In this document: one piece after another, positions 7,006-15,167 of the stretch
How the letters are laid out: the number at the start of each line of letters is the position of its first letter
How positions within the stretch are numbered: position 1 is the stretch's first letter
Source of the DNA: Methanocaldococcus jannaschii DSM 2661
Lineage (GTDB): Archaea; AGJL01; Methanococci; Methanococcales; Methanocaldococcaceae
Direction of reading: 5' to 3'
Length of the DNA stretch: 16,550 nucleotides
NCBI RefSeq assembly: GCF_000091665.1
Contig: NC_001733.1
Coordinates: 1-16,550, forward strand
Notes under the pieces: generated by a model
What the model was told of the DNA's origin: nothing
Database searches by the model: none
Seen by the model: the letters and a program-made list of their open reading frames with translations, nothing else
Translations under genes and position numbers: made by a program

Positions 7006-7428
7006 TTACTCCTCTAACGGAATTAAAGCAACAATATGCCCTTTTTGGATTATAATCCTCTCAACTTCCTTATCATCAACCTTAGCGTCCAAAACCATAA
7101 TATTAAACCTATCCTTTGCCTTGACAGTTCCCTCAACAATCATACCATTATCTAAGTAAATTTTACACTTTTTCTTATGAGCAAATAATAGCATATAATC
7201 CTTATAATCGTCATCCTTCTTCTTAGGTTGCTTTTTCATCGGTTTTCTTTGTGGTTTATTCTGCTTATTCAAATTCTCAACCTCCTTAGCTATTATATCA
7301 TAATGCTTACTTTTAATGTGCTTTTTAATTGCCTTTACATCTGCATTAGTGTAATTACAGTATGGACATTTATAGAAAAATCCCTCTTTCTGTATTTCCA
7401 ATTTTTCAATATAATCATCTATGTTCAT
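7006..7428 (-). CDS. C2H2 zinc-finger plus basic linker plus Sm/LSm-like domain protein
   Basis: CPYC-x12-H-x4-H (classic C2H2). Lys-rich linker KQNKPQRKPMKKQPKKKDDD. The C-terminal KIYLDNGMIVEGTVKAKDRFNIMVLDA...IIIQKGHIVALIP fits the Sm1/Sm2 pattern. ATGA start/stop overlap with the primase gene; SD GGTGA. Confidence 0.8.
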   Translation of the reverse strand: MNIDDYIEKLEIQKEGFFYKCPYCNYTNADVKAIKKHIKSKHYDIIAKEVENLNKQNKPQRKPMKKQPKKKDDDYKDYMLLFAHKKKCKIYLDNGMIVEGTVKAKDRFNIMVLDAKVDDKEVERIIIQKGHIVALIPLEE

Positions 7429-8750
7429 TTTTTCACCAAATAGTTATTTTTATCCAACTCATAATACTTTTTATAAATCTCTATTTGCGTTTTTGCCTCT
7501 GGTATGTTCTCTTTTAGCCACTTAATAGAGCATACTTTACCATTCCTATCATAGAGATACCTAACTTCATAATCTATATGTTTGATGTATTTGTTGCCAT
7601 ACTTGGAAGCCCAACGGTTCAATAACTTTATAGTTTTATCTCTTCCATAGCCTAACAGCTTACATAATGAAGTTAAATAATAACAGCCTCTCATTTTGCC
7701 ATCTTCCCAATTGGAATTGATTAACTCATTAAGGTAGCTCTCCAACTTTACCTTATTTAATACAACTTCCTTATCTCCTATGGTTGTTTTGATGTATTCC
7801 CTCTTACTATGCTCTACCTTAGGTTTTGCCTTCTTATTGGTGTTTATTTCCAAATCTATCTTAATATCGTTATTCACTTTCTTAGTTGCTTGATAATATC
7901 TTAAAGCATCATCCACAAAGTCCGTTAAATCCCCTCTTATCTCTCCAAAGTTTTCATAGTATTTTGTTAGCTTCCTTATGAAGTATGGCTTTACATTCTG
8001 CAAATATATCGGTTTAAACTTCTCCACTTTGTTAATTGGAAACGGTATGCTTATCGGTGTCTTTCCCTCAATGTCTGCATAGTATAAGCTAAATGGTGCT
8101 GTTACAGTCATGTTTTCCTTATAGATTGATAAGTCAATACCCGTATCTCCTTCCTTGCCAACAAAATCTAACAACTTCCTTAGCTTAAAGTTTAGAAAGT
8201 TTGTTAATATGGTGCTTCCTTCAACATAGCCCTTATTTAGTATCTCATTAGGCAAATATCTGGCATTAATCCAAATATGAAAGCCCTTACTCCCACTAAA
8301 CTTTATGTGGATGTCCTTAACTCCATAATCTTTAAAAATCTCTCTTACTTCCTTAGCTATCTCCTTAGATTTCTTAAAGTTGCCTTTAAAGTCAATATCT
8401 ATAACCCAATCCCAATAATTGTAGTCGATAGCTGGATACTCCAACTCATATCTTGGACTCTCAAAGTAGTATGGAGAGCAGTAAATACTCCTAAGGTTCT
8501 CTATAATCCAATCCTTAAAGTTGCCTCTATAATCCCATAAATCAATATGCCTTAAATATGGCTTCTCCCCCTTTGGGATGTTGTTATAGTTCCAATACTT
8601 TGGATGTCTCCAATTGATTTTTCTATCTCTATCCAAATCCAACCTATGGCAACTTAATAACCTATCTAAACAAAAATAATATAAATATCTGGAAGTTAGT
8701 TTATAGTAGGTAAGCCTATCCATAGCTACCACCATTATAGTGGTCTCCAT
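7425..8750 (-). CDS. Archaeo-eukaryotic primase (AEP) / primase-polymerase with a C-terminal PriCT-like helical domain
   Basis: Motif I WVIDIDF (DxD). Motif [13 protein letters not shown] (sGxGxH). Motif III region GIDLSIY...TAPFSLY. An alternative start at the ATG at 8723 (M10) is preceded by GGTGGT and would remove the overlap with the helicase gene. Confidence 0.9.
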
Positions 8751-11700
8751 TGGTCGGATTCTGGATTATCCACATCTCCATTTTTCCACAGCTCTTTTAA
8801 AATCCCCCGTGCTGTATCTTCCGATATGTTGAAGTTTTCAGCAATTTCAACCGTAGTGTAGATTTTTGGATTTTGTAGCATGTAGTTTAAAATCTCTCTT
8901 TTTAGTTGGGATAACTTCCTACTTTCCTCTATAAGTTTGTTAATCTCTTCTAACTCTTCATCCTTTTGTTGTGTTTCTTTTATCTCTTCTCCAACCAATT
9001 TAAATATCTCCTTAACCTTATCTGGTGCTTTAATTCTTAACAAAACCCCTAAGATTGTCTTAAACCATATTTTTAATGCATCCCTAACATCCTCTAAATC
9101 CACATACTCCTTAAACTTAAGTTTAGCATAAGCTTTAGCCATATACTCAATTTGATTAAATAATCTATCGGAATATCCTTTAAATAGTCCGTAATCTCTC
9201 AATAAATCCCTTAACTTCTCCTCTACCTCCCAAAGTGTCTTTAATGCATCTTCCTTAAACTCAATATCCTTATTTTTAATGTAGCTAATGAATAAAGCAC
9301 ACTCGTAAGCTTCCAAATTCTTTTGTTTTATGAAGTTATTGTCTTCTCTCAATCTCTTAACTTTGTAGGTGTGTAGTTTAATCTCCTTCCAATCCTCGTT
9401 GGTGTATGGCTTTAATAGATAGATTAATGGAATTCTATCTGTCATTCCCCTCAAATTCTTCAAAGTAAAATCCAATATTTTTGACAATAACCATTCTGAT
9501 GCATTTAACTGGGGGTTAGCTCCCAATATATTATTAACTATCTTTTTAGCCCTATCTTCTGCCTCATTTCTATCATAGTCATGTTGTTTTAGTAACTTTT
9601 TAGCGAAGTAATTTATCATAGCTTCTTTAAACTCTTCAAATCCCTTTAAGTGGTAAATTTCCCAAAGCTCCATTAAGTCAATATCCTTAATGTTCCCTAC
9701 TCCAATCCATGGGCTTACCCCAATCATTGGGATGTTATAACCCTCTCTTTCTCTCTTCCAAATACCTGAAGTTTTACCACTTTTTAATAAGTCTAAGTCG
9801 TTGCCTACTCTTAAAATAAAGTCCATCATCTCTTCAATAAATATCGGTCTATTGTGGTTCATTGGGATTATTCCTTTTTTATAGAATTTTATGTTATCTC
9901 TGGAGATAACTAAACCTATTAAGTTCTCTATGTTAGGCATATCTACTCTTATCATGTCCTCAGTAGTGTTGTGGAGTTTTGCCAATGGTTCTATTGTTAA
10001 ACTCTTCCCTTGTCCATAGCTTCCAATGAACAAACAATCAATAGTTTCAGGCTTTAAGTGTCCATCCCTATTTTTATCCCAATATATATGGGATGATGCC
10101 AGTATCTCCAATGTTATTAAAGTGTCTATCGTTGGATTTTTCCCTTCTTTGTCCAATATTGCCTTCACTTCGTAAAATACCCTATCTTTAATATAATCTA
10201 AGGCATTACTATAACCAGCATTCTTAACCTTCCTAACAAAGGCATCATAATTGAAATTTATGGTCTTTTGTGGATTGATACTTAAGCCCTCTATGTAATA
10301 CTCTCCTTTATGGTTTGTTTTCAAAATTCCTACAATTTCAACATCCCTTAGGTTGTTAATCTCTGGTGTGTATGGAAGATAAACCCTATAAACTTCATCC
10401 GTTTCTTTTAATTGGATTATGGCTATCGTTAAATCCCTTTCCAACTTTATTGGTTCTCCATCTTCATCTTTGAATAGGGATTCTGAATATTTTATGTCTC
10501 TGCCACACTCTGGACACTTAATTTTATAATCTTGGCTGTTTTCCACTGGCTCATACAACCTTATAACTTCACAATTACATCCCTTGTTATTGCCGTTCTT
10601 ATCCAAATCAATACATACATAACGTCTCAAAATTGGTCTGCTTTTCCTATGGTGTATTATTCCCGCAATATCTCCCCTAAATACACACAATTTATTCCTA
10701 AACTCTCCCCAATCCTTAGCTTTTGTCATTATGGTCCTACTTCTTAGTGTCTCTAAGCCAATTATGTTAATCTCTAAAGGCTTAAATTGGAAGTATTTTT
10801 CATAATAAACTTTATAAATCATCTCTATGGCTTCATACGGTTCATTTAAGAGTAAGCTCCTAAAGTAAGCCCCTACAATTCTCTCTTTGCCCTTTAACCT
10901 ATCAACTTCGTTAATGTCAAATTCAAAGCCCTCTGGTGTTAATCTCTCTTCTATGAATTTTTTAAGTGATTTTTTCAAATCTTCCATAAATTCGCTTTTA
11001 GCTTCTGCCTCTTGGAATGCTTTTTTAGGTAAATACTCATCTAAGATGTCTTTAATGTCTTCATAGAATTTGTAAGTTAGATAAATGTATTTTCTATCGT
11101 AATCCTCTGGATTTTTCCTTATGTCAATCCATTCTAATTGTTTGTAAATCTTTAGGTGTTGCTTTAATGTTCCTTCTCCAATTTTCAACTGCTCTATGGC
11201 TTTATTCATAAATTCGTCAAATCTCATACCTTCAAAGGTTAGGATTGTGAATATTTTAGCAGTTTTTTTACAATCATCGTTTTTATAACTCTTTTTTAAT
11301 GTGTTGGCTCTCTCGCCGATTTTGTTGCATAGGTCTTCAATCATACTATTATCTTGTATATTATGCAGTAATTGGTGAAGCATAGTGAAGTCGTTATTTT
11401 GTTGGTGAAGTGCAGTGAATTCTTCACCACATTGGTGAAGCATAGTGAAGTCGTTATTTTGTTGGTGAAGTGCAGTGAATTCTTCACCAACAATTTCACC
11501 AATTTTTATGTCTCTATTTTGTTGGTGAAGCATTTCACCAGCTTTCACCAATTTTAATACGACTTCCTTAGGGTCGTGTATCTCCCAGAAGCTCCAACCT
11601 AAAATTGACGTAATTGCATCCTCCAATCTATATAGTTTGTCGGTTGGCAATTCTGCCCCTAACTCCCATAAACCATATTTTAATAATAGTTGCCTCTCTT

Positions 11701-11929
11701 TCAGAGGTAGCTTGTTTAATGAAAATAGCCATATATTTCCTAAGATTTCAGTATTGTTTTTGTTATGCTCGTCTAATTCTTTGATAGTATTAGGGTCATA
11801 TCTAATGTTCAGTAATTTTATGGCAACCTCTAAAACATCCTCTGGATATTGATTAATTTCATTAATTGTATATTCCAATACATTGTTGTTCTGTATGTTA
11901 TTTATACTACCATTTACATATTTATCCAT
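8735..11929 (-). CDS. Divergent MCM-like AAA+ helicase with an N-terminal extension (LHQ decapeptide repeats plus a wHTH-like segment), OB/zinc-ribbon, ATPase core and C-terminal winged helix
   Basis: Zn ribbon CNCEV...CPECG after VFRGDIAGI. Walker A GSYGQGKS. Walker B-like [15 protein letters not shown] (compare AAANP). Arg-finger-like [11 protein letters not shown] (compare SRFDLIF). C-terminal [51 protein letters not shown] before the ATG at 11929. Confidence 0.7.
11371..11490. repeat. Intragenic tandem duplication, 2 x 60 bp, 59/60 identical
   Basis: 11371-11430 and 11431-11490 differ only at the last base (c/a). They encode the repeated [21 protein letters not shown] degenerate third register appears at 11513-11530 (ATTTTGTTGGTGAAG again exactly 60 bp later). 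Confidence 0.95.
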
Positions 11930-12635
11930 GCCTAACCACCTCTGTTGTTGTTAGGTTTTTCGGAGTTTTGAGGGTATGGAGATACCTTTTATAGGTTCTC
12001 CCTATCTTTTCCAGTATATTTAATAAAGCTATTTTTGAAGTTTTAACTTTATAAACATTAAATGATGTTCTTTTATGTAGCATTATCAACTTGAAAGCAT
12101 TATTTTCAAATTCGTGATATAGAAATCTTTCAAAAGTTGATATTGCAAATACTTTTATGGAACATATACAATTATCCACATTTATTCTATTGTATCCTAA
12201 AATCAGTTTAGTTAAATATTCCAATTTATATAATTTATGTGTTGAAGCATCTTGATATTTAACCAATGAACCACAACTTAAAAATAACATCTCATCTTCC
12301 AAAGGTAGATTACACAATGAAAATAGCCAATGGGATAAACTTAATTTTATATAATACAACTTACTATAATAGTTAGTTAGTAACTTTATAGTGCCTTTCA
12401 ATACATTGTCAGAATAGCATTTAATCCATTTAACCAAATATTCCAAATCTATGATAATCAAAAAATATATATAATTGTTTATGACACACATATAATCACC
12501 TCCTTTGCAGTGGTTTTCCAAGTATTTTCCCAATTTGGGGAAGGAAGGGGGCTTAACACTATTTTTTTTAATTTCAAAGTATATAAACCTTACGAAATTA
12601 TCGGAATTATCTGTTCCATATTCAGGTAATGGCAT
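11922..12635 (-). CDS. Stand-alone paralog of the N-terminal domain of the MCM-like protein (237 aa from the ATG at 12635; 189 aa if started at the ATG at 12491)
   Basis: Matches by eye: [17 protein letters not shown] vs [17 protein letters not shown]; [16 protein letters not shown] vs [16 protein letters not shown]; [13 protein letters not shown] vs [13 protein letters not shown]; KVFAISTFE vs [17 protein letters not shown] start/stop overlap with the helicase gene. The internal ATG at 12491 is preceded by a near-perfect SD AAGGAGGTGAT. Confidence 0.6.
12580..12587 (-). promoter_or_regulatory. Perfect TATA box (TTTATATA on the minus strand), candidate promoter of the replication operon
   Basis: The plus strand reads TATATAAA at 12580-12587, 89 nt upstream of the SD-preceded ATG at 12491. 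It lies inside the N-terminal extension of the 237-aa ORF. Confidence 0.45.
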
Positions 12636-12890
12636 AAAAGCTTACTGGATTATATTTAACTATTAAAATTTATTAATTTTATTGAGAATAATGCGGAATT
12701 TTTACGCAGAGGAATTTTTTATTATCCAAACTATCGATTTAGATAGTTCTGATAGATTTAAACTATTGAAGTTATTTTATGTAATATTTTCTAAAATTTA
12801 CGGACATTTTCCGAGATTGCTACCACGATATTGTATAATTAAACAAACACCACTTAGGTGAAAAATATACCAGTAAAGAATACATTCATC

Positions 12891-12920
12891 TCGGAAAATA
12901 TCCGTAACGGAAAATTTTCA
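12891..12920 (+). repeat. Double-dyad repeat copy 1: TCGGAAAATATCCGTAACGGAAAATTTTCA
   Basis: Read directly. Matches copy 4 without gaps at 27 of 30 positions. Confidence 0.9.
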
Positions 12921-13094
12921 ATGCACAAACTTTTAATTATCTGTAAATATAAAAATTGTCAATAATTATTTTATATTTACCAGTGAAATTTGAAAACGTG
13001 AAATAATATCTTACATGTCATTATACTCGGAATTTTGCAAGTCCTTATATTTGAAATATCGGTTACACACACTATTGTAAAATACTCGTACTTA

Positions 13095-13127
13095 TCGGAA
13101 ATTTTCCGTGCGGACATTTTTCGAAGG
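13095..13127 (+). repeat. Double-dyad repeat copy 2 (diverged): TCGGAAATTTTCCGTGCGGACATTTTTCGAAGG
   Basis: Ungapped comparison with copy 3 gives 25/33 identities. The first half, CGGAAATTTTCCG, is a 6+1+6 palindrome. Confidence 0.75.
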
Positions 13128-13177
13128 AAGACATAATTTTAAGCCATAACAACATAAAAGAGAATGGATTACAAATA

Positions 13178-14014
13178 CTACTTCGGAAAATATCCGCACG
13201 GAAAATTTTCGCAGTCAGTAGTATATACATCTTCCATAAGTTTTGTAGGTATGTTATATTCATGTTCATCAACGTTTTTTTCTTTCATCATGAGATAATT
13301 TACAATTGCTAAAATCAATATTAATATTATAAATCCGAGAATTATCGCCTTCCACCTAATTTTTCCAGATTCTAATGTTTCACATAATACGCCTAAACCA
13401 AATATAAAACTAAAAGCACCAGTAATCGAATAAATAACTGATTTTGGAGGAATATTTTCAAGATTCTCTATAAACAACTGCTCAGAACGTGATTTCAGAA
13501 CTCTATCTATTATTTCTCTGTAGCACTTATTATCGTTTTCTTTGGTTTTCGAATCATTTATATTTTCTTCAATTTTTAAGTTTTGATTATTATTTATAAT
13601 TTGAATATCATTTTCCGTTTTTTTAACGTTTAACGAGTTTTCTATATTTTCGTTAATTTTAAACGTCTTAAATAGCTGTAAAGCAACATCAATTAATTTT
13701 TTTCCAGATAATTTCATAAGATTATTGTATTCATCCAATATTTCTAAAGTATGAGTTTTATTTTTCTTAGAATATAAGTGCTTTAGGTTTAAAATTTTAT
13801 TTTGTATGATTATTTTGTATGTTTTTTCATTAATTTTCATTACATGTCCGATTTTTTCAAATATTGATAATAACTTTTCAAAACCTTTTACTCCAACGTT
13901 AAAATTTCCAGTTTTAGAAGATAACGAATATCTCTTATTTTTACTATCATAAGTTGCCGATATTTCTAAGTAACTAATATTTACATAAAAATTACAGATA
14001 ATTTCGTCGGGCAT
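13178..14014 (-). CDS. Hypothetical protein with a soluble N-terminal region and two C-terminal transmembrane helices
   Basis: ORF track 13178..14038, whose start is TTG. I prefer ATG at 14014 (MPDEIICNF...), preceded by AAGGTG. TM segments VIYSITGAFSFIFGLGVLC and AIILGFIILILILAIVNYLMM. Confidence 0.7.
   Translation of the reverse strand: MPDEIICNFYVNISYLEISATYDSKNKRYSLSSKTGNFNVGVKGFEKLLSIFEKIGHVMKINEKTYKIIIQNKILNLKHLYSKKNKTHTLEILDEYNNLMKLSGKKLIDVALQLFKTFKINENIENSLNVKKTENDIQIINNNQNLKIEENINDSKTKENDNKCYREIIDRVLKSRSEQLFIENLENIPPKSVIYSITGAFSFIFGLGVLCETLESGKIRWKAIILGFIILILILAIVNYLMMKEKNVDEHEYNIPTKLMEDVYTTDCENFPCGYFPK
13183..13222 (+). repeat. Double-dyad repeat copy 3: TCGGAAAATATCCGCACGGAAAATTTTCGCAGTCAGTAGT
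   Basis: Overlaps the last 13 codons of the 286-aa ORF (...TTDCENFPCGYFPK*). Similarity to copy 4 extends through AGTAGT. Confidence 0.9.
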
Positions 14015-14094
14015 ATTCGACACCTTTTTAAAATTCAACTGTAAATTGACGGTTTGGTAGTATTATATTATTGTGATTACAAAGAATATACCTT

Positions 14095-14136
14095 TCGGAA
14101 AATATCCGCAACGGAAAATTTCCGAAGTTAGTAGTG
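14095..14136 (+). repeat. Double-dyad repeat copy 4: TCGGAAAATATCCGCAACGGAAAATTTCCGAAGTTAGTAGTG
   Basis: Lies 57-98 bp upstream (minus-strand sense) of the 286-aa ORF. The second half, CGGAAAATTTCCG, is a 6+1+6 palindrome. Confidence 0.9.
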
Positions 14137-14346
14137 AGACATTGAACCTATATGTTTTAAGAGTTAGAACATGCCCAAAACATGCTTGTATATTATATAT
14201 GTAATGAGTAAATTATGATTAGTATATTTTTATCCAAAAAATAGAGTTCAAAATTAGCGTTGCTAAATCCCATAACTTATGTGGCTATAAAGTAATAAGG
14301 TTATGAAATTATGAAATTCCTAACTTCCATAAACTTCTGGAAATTC

Positions 14347-14365
14347 ACAACTTTCACAAAGTTGT
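14347..14365. promoter_or_regulatory. 19-bp palindrome ACAACTTT-CAC-AAAGTTGT upstream of the yfbU-like gene
   Basis: Perfect 8-bp arms with a 3-bp centre, read directly. About 160 bp upstream of the ATG at 14527. Confidence 0.6.
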
Positions 14366-14406
14366 AAATGTTATAAACTTCAGTAGTGTCCAAAAATTAT
14401 TAACCT

Positions 14407-14436
14407 AAGTTAGACTTTGGGCTGAAAGTCCAACTT
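14407..14436. repeat. Inverted repeat AAGTTaGACTTT-gggctg-AAAGTCcAACTT
   Basis: Arms of 5+6 bp interrupted by one a/c mismatch, with a 6-nt loop. It uses the same AACTT/AAGTT core as 14347-14365 and 15168-15191. Confidence 0.55.
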
Positions 14437-14471
14437 CTATTAACTTTGAGACCATTTAATATGTGCATATT

Positions 14472-14479
14472 TTTAAATA
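14472..14479 (+). promoter_or_regulatory. TATA-like box TTTAAATA for the yfbU-like gene
   Basis: About 50 bp upstream of the ATG at 14527. SD GGTGAGTGGGGG immediately precedes the ATG. Confidence 0.4.
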
Positions 14480-14526
14480 TGGAATATACCCTATTAATCC
14501 ATACAAAAATATTAGGTGAGTGGGGG

Positions 14527-15033
14527 ATGTTATCTAAAATCGAACGACTTATATTGGCAAACCAATACAAAATTTTGAAAATTTTGGAAAATACTTCAGA
14601 ATATGATGAGATAATTAAGATTTTAGAGGAAGGGTATGAAATATTTTATGATGAAATTTTAGGACATATTTTTGATGAACTTCCAGAATCTGAAGGACAA
14701 TTTGTATTAGATATTCTCTCTTTTTACGACATTGTAGTTGAACCCTACAAACAAAAGAACCCTAATGACCATGAAATAATAAATCATCCATATTCGTATT
14801 TTAAAGGTTTTGATGGCAATAGCGAAACAAAATATATGGCGTTTGTAAGATTTCTTATAGAAGACCAGAAAAAATTTTCATTCGTAGCAAAGTATGCAAA
14901 GAAAACTGATAATTTTAATAGTCATTTCCCAATGTTGGATAAATATAGAAAAATGGTAGAGTTATGGGAATCGAAATACAATAAAAAGTATGACTTAAAA
15001 AGGGAGGAAATTCTTGACATCCTAAATGCATAA
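14527..15033 (+). CDS. yfbU: YfbU family (UPF0304) protein
   Basis: From memory of E. coli YfbU: [12 protein letters not shown] vs [32 protein letters not shown] vs [39 protein letters not shown] vs NAQTPMWEKYQRMLNVWHA; the C-termini end ILNA vs IINA. The homology begins at M28 of the track ORF (ATG 14527, strong SD). The track start at 14446 is TTG. Confidence 0.85.
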   Translation: [168 protein letters not shown]

Positions 15034-15070
15034 TTTTATTTATCTAAATATATTTTTAGATTTTTATTTT
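15034..15070 (+). terminator. Oligo-T tract cluster, candidate archaeal intrinsic terminator after yfbU
   Basis: T4 at 15034-15037, T5 at 15053-15057, T5 at 15061-15065 and T4 at 15067-15070, directly after the TAA at 15031-15033. Confidence 0.4.
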
Positions 15071-15167
15071 ATTATAAAATTCAAAAAATATCTTATCGTA
15101 TTATAGAAAGATTTGTAATAAACTCATTATAATAGTGAAATCTTACTTCGAAAATTTCTAACCTTGG

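Noticed and set aside
11372-11557. 61-aa plus-strand ORF ([18 protein letters not shown] repeated) antisense to the helicase gene
   Set aside because: It is a shadow ORF created by the tandem repeat on the opposite strand of a well-supported gene. The same reasoning applies to the other plus-strand track ORFs inside minus-strand genes (2953-3141, 3898-4107, 7228-7443, 8277-8540, 8937-9131, 10532-10747, 11637-11852, 16162-16374).
12691-12861. 56-codon plus-strand ORF (MRNFYAEEFF...) in the large intergenic region
   Set aside because: No SD. It uses CGG/CGA/CCG codons, which are otherwise nearly absent from the convincing genes here. Its openness is explained by the repeat half-sites it spans.
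13072-13272. 66-aa minus-strand ORF from the track
   Set aside because: It overlaps the 3' end of the 286-aa ORF and two repeat copies. There is no SD, and the composition is low-complexity and hydrophobic, as expected from reading repeat or AT-rich DNA.
12891-14136. Possibility that the CGGAAA double-dyad repeats are a degenerate CRISPR array
   Set aside because: Only four full copies, with irregular spacing of 204, 88 and 912 bp. One copy is inside a coding region. There are no cas genes and no uniform spacers. The internal dyad structure fits protein-binding sites better.
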